Source of the DNA: Candidatus Poseidoniales archaeon
GTDB lineage: Archaea > Thermoplasmatota > Poseidoniia > Poseidoniales > Thalassarchaeaceae
Assembly (NCBI GenBank): GCA_045568015.1
Contig: JBJLBW010000010.1
Span: 1 to 39,205, forward strand
DNA length: 39,205 bases
Reading direction: 5' to 3'
Within the stretch, counting starts at the first letter, position 1; each line of letters opens with the position of its first letter. The position numbers and the translations under genes are program-made. The notes beneath the pieces were generated by a model, which saw only the letters and a list, made by a program, of their open reading frames with translations, had not been told where the DNA came from and made no database searches. Below are positions 6,785-14,536 of this stretch, in pieces.

Positions 6785-9310
6785 ATGGGACCCTTGAGTG
6801 TTAGCAGGGATAACTTGGCAGAATTAAGAGCACGCCATACGGCCGGTAAATCCGGTTCGTCTGAAATGCGTACGCCGTCCCTAGATGATGTTCAAACTCT
6901 TGATGACAGGCTCAATGATGAGAGACGTATGCGCACGTCTCTAAAGAGGGAAAGACGCCTTCGATTACAAGAACAAGCAGAGCGTCTTTCAGGAATGAAG
7001 GGAGCCCTGGCAAAAACAGCAGGAATGCAGACAGAAGGTGCCCTTGCTGAGATCGAGGCAGAACTTCGCTCAGAAATGGAAGACGAACTTGAGCGACTTG
7101 AACGAGACACACTCGAGCGAGAGGAAGCGGTTCTTCGTGATGAGATGAAATTGCGCTTGACCCGTGAAGAAGAATCCATCCGTTCGCGACTTGAATTAGA
7201 ATCAACTCGACGTTTGGAAGCCCGCAGAGATCAACTACAATCTCAACTGAAGGATGAGATGGATTCAGAATTTGACCGCCGTCGCGCCTTCCTTGAGGAG
7301 CGCCTAGAAATTGAAGCAGGACAAGAGATGCAAAAGCAAATCCGAGATATTGAGGAACAACTGAAAGGCGAGATGTCAAATCGCTTGGACGAAGAAGAAA
7401 GTTCTCAAGCACGTCGGATTGAAGATGCTCAACAGGCACGCTTAGCAGAACGTGAAATACAACTCAGAGATGGGATCCGCCGTCGTTTAGAACAACAACT
7501 CCGCCAGCGACTACGCGAGCGTGAGGCGCGCCTACGCGCGGAGTACGAGAGACGTGCTCACCGCTTGGAAGAACAAATCGCTCAAGAACTGGCAACAGAA
7601 CTTGAAACTCGACTTACACAAGAAACAGAACGCCTTGAAGGTAGAATGCAAGAGGACTTGGAACTTGCAGTCGCTCGAAGACGTGAAGAATTACAAGCAT
7701 CTATTCTCAAGAGTTTAGATTCTGAGTATGGTGACCGTCTCGCTCTTCGCAAGCAACGCCTGAAGGAGAGATTCGATGTATCCTTCTCACACGCAATTGA
7801 TGAAATCGATCGCGCCCTCCATCTGGAACTTGAAGATACGGTAAGTGAACGAATCGATTCTGAATTCGATCAGTATAAGTCCGACCGTGAGGCGGAAATT
7901 ACACAACATCTCAGCCAGTTTAGGCATGACCGTGAATTGGACCTCCGCGATCAACTCGATCAGCAGTATGTGGAAAAGAAAGGCGATTGGGTCTCTCAAA
8001 TCGAATCAGAATATTCTGCACGTCAACAGGCATCAGAACGCCAGATTATGGCTGAAATCGACTCCAGAATTCGCAATGAGCGCATTGCTCAAGAAACCAA
8101 CCTTGACCTCATCAAACAGGAAACAAGCCTCGATTTGGAAGTCGAGATGGAAGCCGAACTGGCTGCCTTCCGCGCTCAGAAGGAACAAGAGGTTGCAGAA
8201 CAACTCGAAAGACAAGTCGCCAAGCGCGAAGAAATCATGCGCAACAAAGCACTCATTGAAGTTCGACGAAAGGAAAGTGAAATCCGTGCGGAGATTGAAG
8301 CACAACTCGCCATTAAGCGAGCAGAGATTCGCGATCGCTTGAACCAACTCGAATCGAGAGCGGAGGAATTCCGTGTTGCAGCTGAGGAAAAACTCCGTGT
8401 CGAACTTGAGAAAGGACTCATCACAGAAGAGGACCTTGAAGACGAAGCAGAACTCAAGCGCGCAGAAGAAGAAGCCGAACTTGAAGGAAAGGATGGGCGC
8501 TTAGATCGTCGTCAGGCATGGATGGATGCTCTTGCGGGCGCGAAGGGACAGATGCCTGGAACTGCAGCAGGGGCAGCACCAACATTGGGCCAACCCCGGG
8601 GCGGTCTGGGAAGTCTGGCTCGACCTGGAGGCTTAGGGTCTGCTACCAAATCATCAGATGAAGATTCACCACGCACTCTTGCAGCCCCAGTCCGTGCACC
8701 AGTTCAACAAACAGGTGCTCTTGGTGCCGGAACCCTAGGTTCAGCACCTAAGCCAGCCGGAGGGGGATTGGGATCATTACAACCAGTTCGACAGCCGATT
8801 AAGGCACCAACACCTGAAACCAAAATTGCACCGGAACCGGAACAGATGACCGAAGAAGAATTTGATTCCGAGCCCGAACCCCAAGAGGAGGAAAAGCCCT
8901 CTTTGACCCAGACAATCCTCAGCGCCATTTCGGATGAAGAAGAATCCACTGTTGGAGCAACCCCTCCTTCGGAGGAAACTCCAGACTTCTCTGAAGTAGT
9001 CAAACAATCACGCGGTCCACCTGGTGGTGGCCGCCTCATACGTGAAGGTGCCCCCGCGAAACCTGCTGGAGGGCCGCCATCTAGAGGACCACCAGTGTTG
9101 GAAGCAGAAACTCCAACTGAAGAGGATGATTCCGAGATACTCACGCCGGTACAACGTCCAGTATTGCAACCGGTGGCCCGCAGAGTATTGACTCCAGTTG
9201 ACTCCACTGAACCTGAGGAAACTGCAGATGATGAACCAGCAGTTCTCAAGCCAGTTGGCCGGGCAGTTCTGAAGCCGATTAGTGAATCAAATTCAGAAGA
9301 GGAAGAATGA
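6785..9310 (+). CDS. Large E/R/L-rich coiled-coil protein with Pro/Gly/Glu-rich disordered C-terminal third; function unknown
   Basis: About 520 aa of charged heptad-like sequence (LRSEMEDELERLE, LKDEMDSEFDRR, LRAEYERRAHRLE ...). This is followed by about 270 aa of low complexity with GGLGS and VL(T/K/Q)P(V/I) motifs, ending SEEEE. No signal peptide, TM segment or NTPase motif. Confidence 0.8.
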   Translation: MGPLSVSRDNLAELRARHTAGKSGSSEMRTPSLDDVQTLDDRLNDERRMRTSLKRERRLRLQEQAERLSGMKGALAKTAGMQTEGALAEIEAELRSEMEDELERLERDTLEREEAVLRDEMKLRLTREEESIRSRLELESTRRLEARRDQLQSQLKDEMDSEFDRRRAFLEERLEIEAGQEMQKQIRDIEEQLKGEMSNRLDEEESSQARRIEDAQQARLAEREIQLRDGIRRRLEQQLRQRLREREARLRAEYERRAHRLEEQIAQELATELETRLTQETERLEGRMQEDLELAVARRREELQASILKSLDSEYGDRLALRKQRLKERFDVSFSHAIDEIDRALHLELEDTVSERIDSEFDQYKSDREAEITQHLSQFRHDRELDLRDQLDQQYVEKKGDWVSQIESEYSARQQASERQIMAEIDSRIRNERIAQETNLDLIKQETSLDLEVEMEAELAAFRAQKEQEVAEQLERQVAKREEIMRNKALIEVRRKESEIRAEIEAQLAIKRAEIRDRLNQLESRAEEFRVAAEEKLRVELEKGLITEEDLEDEAELKRAEEEAELEGKDGRLDRRQAWMDALAGAKGQMPGTAAGAAPTLGQPRGGLGSLARPGGLGSATKSSDEDSPRTLAAPVRAPVQQTGALGAGTLGSAPKPAGGGLGSLQPVRQPIKAPTPETKIAPEPEQMTEEEFDSEPEPQEEEKPSLTQTILSAISDEEESTVGATPPSEETPDFSEVVKQSRGPPGGGRLIREGAPAKPAGGPPSRGPPVLEAETPTEEDDSEILTPVQRPVLQPVARRVLTPVDSTEPEETADDEPAVLKPVGRAVLKPISESNSEEEE

Positions 9311-11802
9311 ACTTAGCGCACCCCGTAGGGGTGCGGATAAGCGCTGAACAGACCATGCGCTCGATTGAAAGGGGGGGACGTATCCGTCCAGACATGCGCG
9401 CGCGTGCGTTTGCGTTATTTGCAATCCTTTTCGGTGCGATTGCATTGCCACTCATGCCTACCACCTCCGCCACGATTGAGGATTTGGGCACAGCGGGAAC
9501 AGTAGCAGAATTAGATCGTTCAGCAATCGGTTGGTGGACTCTGGAAAATGGCAACATTCTCGTTGCAAGTATGGATGGTTATGTTACAGCATATGCAGTT
9601 CAAAACAATGGTAGTTATGCAGAAGTTTGGAGTGAATTCACGAATGAGACACTCTATTCAGCAGCTTACAATGAGGATGACAAATTATTGGCAGTAGGAA
9701 CCTCATCGGGTGCTTGCGTCATTTCGATTGAATATATGGAAGAACTCTATCGATTTAGTATAGGACAATCAGCTGATTCATTGGCGTGGGATCGTGATGG
9801 TGATCTGTGGGTTACCATGCGAACATCAAAACATGCAGTGGAGTGGGATGCTCAAGCCAACACCCCCTCAGGAGTGTCTACAAGTAGCCATTCAAATGGA
9901 ATTACCAGTATTGTCACACTTTCAGATGGCCACATACTAACATCCGGGAGAGACAAGCAGATTAGAATCCATGATGAAAATGGAACACTAACCCAAGTAC
10001 TCGTCGATTCATCGTTTCCTCTACTGAAATTGTTTACCAGTAGCGATGAATCATTGTTGTTCAGCCTTACAGACAATTGTCGATTGGATATACACAACAC
10101 ATCAAGTTGGGTCAGAGAACAGTCAATGGCTCTCTGTTCCATCGGTCAAGGCCGCTCACTGCAAGAATTGGGTGAGAGGTTGATGATTGGGATGTCGAAT
10201 GGAAAAGTGTTCTCGTTAGATCTAAGCAGTCTAACCAAAGAACAGGAATTTTCCGTACAAGGAGAGGTTGTTGGATTCCGTGCGGCCGATGGTGCGGGCG
10301 TCCTCATTCTAACCTCGTTTAGTTCGACATCAGAGGTCAACCTTCTCGATGCAGATCGTGACAACGATGGTGTCGTAGATGGACTCGATGTGTTCCCTGA
10401 TGACCCCTCTGAGTGGGCGGATTCAGATTTCGATGGCATGGGTGATAACTCTGACGTATTCCCACAAGATGGTACTGAAACTCTGGATTCTGATGGTGAC
10501 GGTGTTGGAGACAATACCGACGCGTTCCCAGAAAATCCTTCACAGCAGGTGGATTCTGATGGTGATGGATATGGCGACTATTCATATGGGTTGGACGGTG
10601 ACAAATTCCCTGACGATTCGACACAGTGGGCGGATTCTGATGGAGATGGCTACGGGGATAATCAGGAACTAGGTGCAACAGAACCTGACGCTTGTATTAA
10701 TCAATCAGGCGGCTCTACCATGGACAGACTTGGTTGTCAAGATACAGATGGTGACGGTTGGTCAGATCCTGGAAATGGTGATGCAGCCCACCCTGATGGT
10801 AACGCGGACTCATCCCCAATGGATGACAGTCAATGGCGTGATTCAGATGGTGATAATTACGGTGACAATTTGAGTGGATACCGCGGAGATGCGTGTCCAA
10901 CAATGGCGGGTACGAGTACAAGGGCAAACATGTATGACCCCGGCGTTAACGCGTATACCTCAATCAATCGCTATGGTTGCGTAGATGAAGATGGAGATGG
11001 TTACGACGACAATACTGAATCTTCCTTCGGGGAGTGTACTATGGTGGGCATTCGAACGGAATGGCTTGACCATGATCGCGACTGCGCAGGAAGCAATAGC
11101 GACTACAATGACACCGACCCTGAGATTCAAACCTTAGAAGATCATTGTGCTAAGCATATCGATGATATCCAAGCATGCAGTGCCTTAGACGAAGAGGACG
11201 ACTCCGATAACGTCACGTTTTTGGAAGACGAGAAAGGCGTAGATATGATGGAATCAATCAAGGAATTTGCTGAGATTGCAGGATATCTCATAGGGGTAAT
11301 GGCCGTTGCCATGTTGATGATTGTCGGCACGGTCAAAATCATTGGAAAGGTTCGAGAAAAGCGTAAGCCCGATGCACAATACACACACCAAGACGCCACG
11401 CGTGAATTAGATGCGTGGGAAACTGGTGATGATTTTGAAACTCGAGGTGGAATCGATGAGCAGAAGGCCTGGGGTGACGACCACATCGATGAAGATCCAG
11501 TCAGTGGTTCAGATCTTGAAGAAGGCCTCTTCGATGATGACGACGAACCAACTGAAACTCCTTCTGCAGAACCAGACTACACCACTGAGGACGATCAAAC
11601 CACCGAATCGGAATCAACCCCTGCCGTTGAAGAGGCTCAGATAGAAGCAACATCAACACCTGAACAGAGTACCGAACCTGAAACACAACAGCCTCCTTCG
11701 GAAGCCCCTCCTCTACCATCCGGTGGTTTGCCAGAAGGCTGGACAACTGAGCAGTGGCGCTGGTATGGGCATCAATGGCTAGAACGCCATGGTGGGAATT
11801 GA
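9307..11802 (+). CDS. Membrane-anchored WD40-like beta-propeller / thrombospondin type-3 (Ca-binding) repeat protein with acidic cytoplasmic tail
   Basis: Signal-like segment MRARAFALFAILFGAIALPLMPTTSA and about 7 propeller-like blades. Repeated DSDGDGxGDN motifs (DSDGDGVGDNTDAFP, DSDGDGYGDNQ, DTDGDGWSDP, DEDGDGYDDN). TM helix IAGYLIGVMAVAMLMIVGTV, then a D/E/T-rich tail. The start is either ATG 9307 (ATGA overlap) or, probably, ATG 9394 directly before the signal peptide. Confidence 0.85.
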   Translation: MNLAHPVGVRISAEQTMRSIERGGRIRPDMRARAFALFAILFGAIALPLMPTTSATIEDLGTAGTVAELDRSAIGWWTLENGNILVASMDGYVTAYAVQNNGSYAEVWSEFTNETLYSAAYNEDDKLLAVGTSSGACVISIEYMEELYRFSIGQSADSLAWDRDGDLWVTMRTSKHAVEWDAQANTPSGVSTSSHSNGITSIVTLSDGHILTSGRDKQIRIHDENGTLTQVLVDSSFPLLKLFTSSDESLLFSLTDNCRLDIHNTSSWVREQSMALCSIGQGRSLQELGERLMIGMSNGKVFSLDLSSLTKEQEFSVQGEVVGFRAADGAGVLILTSFSSTSEVNLLDADRDNDGVVDGLDVFPDDPSEWADSDFDGMGDNSDVFPQDGTETLDSDGDGVGDNTDAFPENPSQQVDSDGDGYGDYSYGLDGDKFPDDSTQWADSDGDGYGDNQELGATEPDACINQSGGSTMDRLGCQDTDGDGWSDPGNGDAAHPDGNADSSPMDDSQWRDSDGDNYGDNLSGYRGDACPTMAGTSTRANMYDPGVNAYTSINRYGCVDEDGDGYDDNTESSFGECTMVGIRTEWLDHDRDCAGSNSDYNDTDPEIQTLEDHCAKHIDDIQACSALDEEDDSDNVTFLEDEKGVDMMESIKEFAEIAGYLIGVMAVAMLMIVGTVKIIGKVREKRKPDAQYTHQDATRELDAWETGDDFETRGGIDEQKAWGDDHIDEDPVSGSDLEEGLFDDDDEPTETPSAEPDYTTEDDQTTESESTPAVEEAQIEATSTPEQSTEPETQQPPSEAPPLPSGGLPEGWTTEQWRWYGHQWLERHGGN
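9317..9335 (+). other. GC-rich tri-loop hairpin CGCACCCC-GTA-GGGGTGCG
   Basis: Perfect 8-bp stem, 7 nt after the stop at 9308-9310. The stem sequence is identical to the hairpin at 33609-33627. Confidence 0.45.
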
Positions 11803-11805
11803 TTT

Positions 11806-12093
11806 TTAGTGAAACGTCACAGGAAGGTTGTTCCTGAGTGAAGCGTATTCCTCACCAGAGTATGCTCCACCAGTTTCTTTCAATGCTGTCGAAATCAACC
11901 ACAATAGTCCATTCCAATCCGAAGATTGAGCATGCAGTTCAATTTTATTTGCCGCAGCCAAATCGAGAAGGATTCTGGCATTACTACCTCCATCCATCAA
12001 TCCAAGAAACATAGTTGGTGCGTCGACCGTATAAGTCGGTGCTCGCCCCTTCAATTTAACCACCATATGGGGATTGACCCAGTCTTTCGACAA
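11806..12093 (-). CDS. Hypothetical small protein (third gene of the ParA/RHH cassette)
   Basis: ORF only; no motif recognised. The start is either TTG 12093 (GAGG 3 nt upstream) or ATG 12066 (MVVKLKGRAPTY...). It overlaps the end of the RHH gene by 11-38 nt and ends 3 nt from the convergent gene at 11802. Confidence 0.45.
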   Translation of the reverse strand: MSKDWVNPHMVVKLKGRAPTYTVDAPTMFLGLMDGGSNARILLDLAAANKIELHAQSSDWNGLLWLISTALKETGGAYSGEEYASLRNNLPVTFH

Positions 12094-12298
12094 GTGCCTC
12101 TACATCTGTCTGCCCAATATCTCGAAGTCTACTCCGCAGCTTATCAGCCTCGGCTCGTAATTGCGCCATTCGGTATTCTTGCAGCACCTGAATCAACAGA
12201 TCATCCACACTCTTGTTGTTGCCCATTGCTCGCATTGAATTCAATTGTCGTCTCACATCAAAAGAGACGCTCACAGAGGTCATGTTCGGAGAACCCAT
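12056..12298 (-). CDS. Small ribbon-helix-helix (CopG/Arc/ParG-like) DNA-binding protein
   Basis: N-terminal beta-strand plus two helices: TSVSVSFDV / RRQLNSMRAMG / SVDDLLIQVLQEY. This is followed by a helical tail (RMAQLRAEADKLRSRLRD). ATG 12298 is preceded by GGTGA with 4-nt spacing. The track's TTG at 12331 is less likely. Confidence 0.6.
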   Translation of the reverse strand: MGSPNMTSVSVSFDVRRQLNSMRAMGNNKSVDDLLIQVLQEYRMAQLRAEADKLRSRLRDIGQTDVEALVERLGQSPYGG

Positions 12299-12357
12299 GT
12301 TGTCACCGGTGCGAAGCCCTGCTCGGAGCAACTTGAGCGTGTCGGTGCTTTGTGAGG

Positions 12358-13320
12358 CTATTCACCGGTTCGCAGTTGATACTGGCGTAGTCGGTTGGGT
12401 TCGTTGATTCCATACTTGTGACGGATCTTCAGGACTCGACGATGCGCTTCCTTTGCCAGGGTCCAGTATGCTAGACTGCCTTTGTTTGCTCTTGAATTGG
12501 TTGGTTTCTTGAGAAGTGTAATCGGCGCGCCATCTGAAGGGGCCGCTGCAATATCGATATTCCTTGGAATGACAGTTTTGAAAACGTGAGTTGGGAAGTG
12601 TCGCCGAACTTCAGACTCAACCGTATTACACAATTTACTCTTTTGATACATCGTCAATGCAATACCGAATAACTTGAGGTTTGGATTGATTCTACGCTGA
12701 ACAAGTTTGATTGAATTCATCAATTGACTCATACCTTCCAAAGCGTAGTATTCCGTTTGTACGGGAATCAATACCCAATTTGCCGCCGCCAAGGCATTAA
12801 TGGTGAGCAAGCCAAGGCTTGGAGGCGTATCTATGATGATGTAGTCGAATTCATCGAATGCAGGACTCAATCCTTCTTTCAATCGCGTTTCTCGCCCAAT
12901 TCTGGTTGCCAATTCGATTTCAGCCCCCGACAATTGGATGTTACTTGGAAGGAGCCAGAGATTCCTTACCCCCATCGTCCGAGGAGGTTTCTTGTCAGGG
13001 TTGTTTTGTCTCCATGCATCCTGCATGTAATCTGTAATGATGTCTGGTCCAATCAGATAATCCTCTAAGATTGGCAATTCTTCTCCAAGGTCATTCATAA
13101 TCAAATCATACACGGTTCGTTCCAGCTTACTCTTGTCAATTCCAAATGACGTAGATGCATTTCCTTGCGGGTCTAAATCGACCAACAGAACCCTTGCGGG
13201 TGGAAACCCTTCCTGCTCATTGCCTTTCGCGAGTGCAGTAGCGATGTTCACAGCGGTCGTAGTCTTCGCACAACCCCCCTTCTGGTTGGTGACTGCGATG
13301 ACCATCTTGTATGGATTCAA
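12358..13320 (-). CDS. ParA/Soj/MinD-family partition ATPase (deviant Walker A)
   Basis: MVIAVTNQKGGCAKTTTAVNIATALA (KGGxxKT), DLDPQGN, IIIDTPPSLG. TTG 13320 has GGAGGT 7 nt upstream; the alternative start is ATG 13305. The protein is about 60 aa longer than typical Soj. Confidence 0.9.
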   Translation of the reverse strand: MNPYKMVIAVTNQKGGCAKTTTAVNIATALAKGNEQEGFPPARVLLVDLDPQGNASTSFGIDKSKLERTVYDLIMNDLGEELPILEDYLIGPDIITDYMQDAWRQNNPDKKPPRTMGVRNLWLLPSNIQLSGAEIELATRIGRETRLKEGLSPAFDEFDYIIIDTPPSLGLLTINALAAANWVLIPVQTEYYALEGMSQLMNSIKLVQRRINPNLKLFGIALTMYQKSKLCNTVESEVRRHFPTHVFKTVIPRNIDIAAAPSDGAPITLLKKPTNSRANKGSLAYWTLAKEAHRRVLKIRHKYGINEPNRLRQYQLRTGE

Positions 13321-13370
13321 AACAACAACCTCCGGAGGAACACGACGTCCTCAGACAAGCCCCTCTTTGA

Positions 13371-13414
13371 AACACTCGCCCAATCGAGTGTTAGTCAATC
13401 GTTTCTAAACGATT
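13371..13414 (-). promoter_or_regulatory. Two perfect palindromes between moxR stop and the ParA gene (terminator and/or operator/centromere-like sites)
   Basis: AACACTCG-CCCAAT-CGAGTGTT (13371-13392) and AATCGTTT-CT-AAACGATT (13397-13414). The second overlaps the moxR TAA. Function not determinable from sequence. Confidence 0.4.
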
Positions 13415-14405
13415 ACTGGATAACCGGAACGGGAACTTCTGAGAGGATCTTACGCATGATGTGCATCCCTGTAATACCACGGATCTTTGCTTCAGGTTTG
13501 AGCACGATTCGATGGCTGCAAACTTGTAGAGCCACTCTCTTGATATCGTCTGGAATGACATAGTCACGTCCGTCGATGGCAGCAGAAGCACGCCCCGTCT
13601 TGAATAGAGACTGACTCGCACGAGGTGATGCACCTGTAATCACACGGTGGTCCTCACGAGATCGCTGAACAACTTCAACGATGTAAGACAAAATTGCCGG
13701 GTCGACGTGAACAGTTTCAAGTGCTTTTTGCATAGCAACAACCTTCTTTGGAGAAGTAATCTGTTCAACATCGTGCCCATCTTTTCCTCGTAACTTACGA
13801 CGAGCAATGATCGCCTTTTCTTCAGCACGATCAGGGTAACCCATTGACATCTTCATCAGGAAGCGGTCCATTTGTGCCTCAGGGAGAGGGTAGGTCCCTT
13901 CCTGTTCAATCGGATTCTGAGTTGCCATTGTTACGAAAGGTGCAGGTAATTTGTGCGTAATCCCTTCAATCGTCACCTGTTTTTCTTCCATTGCTTCAAG
14001 CAGTGCTGCTTGCGTTTTGGGTGGTGCGCGGTTAATCTCGTCACCGAGAAGAAGATTTGTGAACAATGGTCCAGGTCGGAGTTTGAATTCACCCGCCTGT
14101 TGGTCATACATGTATGTCCCCATGATGTCAGATGGAAGTAAATCCGGTGTGAATTGAACACGCTTGAACTTGCAACCAAGTGCCTTAGCGAATGTATTTG
14201 CAAGCAAAGTTTTGGCAAGTCCAGGGAAATCTTCCAACAACATGTTTCCATTTGAGAGAATACCAACACTCACACGAAGCAAATTTTCCTCTTTACCGAT
14301 GATTACCTTAGCGACTTCAGCCATCAAACTATGCGAAATTTGACTGACGGTGGAAATCAAATCTTTTGTGCGGCCTGTGCCTGCTTGTGCCATCCCTGCT
14401 GACAT
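13413..14405 (-). CDS. MoxR-family AAA+ ATPase (AAA_3 type)
   Basis: LLEDFPGLAKTLLANTFAKALGCKFKRVQFTPDLLPSDIMG (Walker A plus the MoxR signature), LLGDEINRAPPKTQAALLEAMEE (Walker B / sensor). AGGTGA SD lies 4 nt before the ATG at 14405. Confidence 0.92.
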   Translation of the reverse strand: MSAGMAQAGTGRTKDLISTVSQISHSLMAEVAKVIIGKEENLLRVSVGILSNGNMLLEDFPGLAKTLLANTFAKALGCKFKRVQFTPDLLPSDIMGTYMYDQQAGEFKLRPGPLFTNLLLGDEINRAPPKTQAALLEAMEEKQVTIEGITHKLPAPFVTMATQNPIEQEGTYPLPEAQMDRFLMKMSMGYPDRAEEKAIIARRKLRGKDGHDVEQITSPKKVVAMQKALETVHVDPAILSYIVEVVQRSREDHRVITGASPRASQSLFKTGRASAAIDGRDYVIPDDIKRVALQVCSHRIVLKPEAKIRGITGMHIMRKILSEVPVPVIQ

Positions 14406-14536
14406 GGTATCACCTTGGGCCTTAACCCAGTGCAGGACCGTCCGAATTCGTACTTCAAGGTTGGGGGCCGGGGGGTCATGGAATCATCATTGGTTTCAAT
14501 TGACAATTCCGTATCAGAACGATACACTGTGAGGCC

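Noticed and set aside
10146-10927. Several 66-122-aa ORFs in alternative frames and strands within the TSP3-repeat region
   Set aside because: The repetitive GAT/GGT-rich DNA keeps other frames open. The translations are H/P/R- or S-rich nonsense, whereas the main frame gives canonical DxDxDGxxD repeats.
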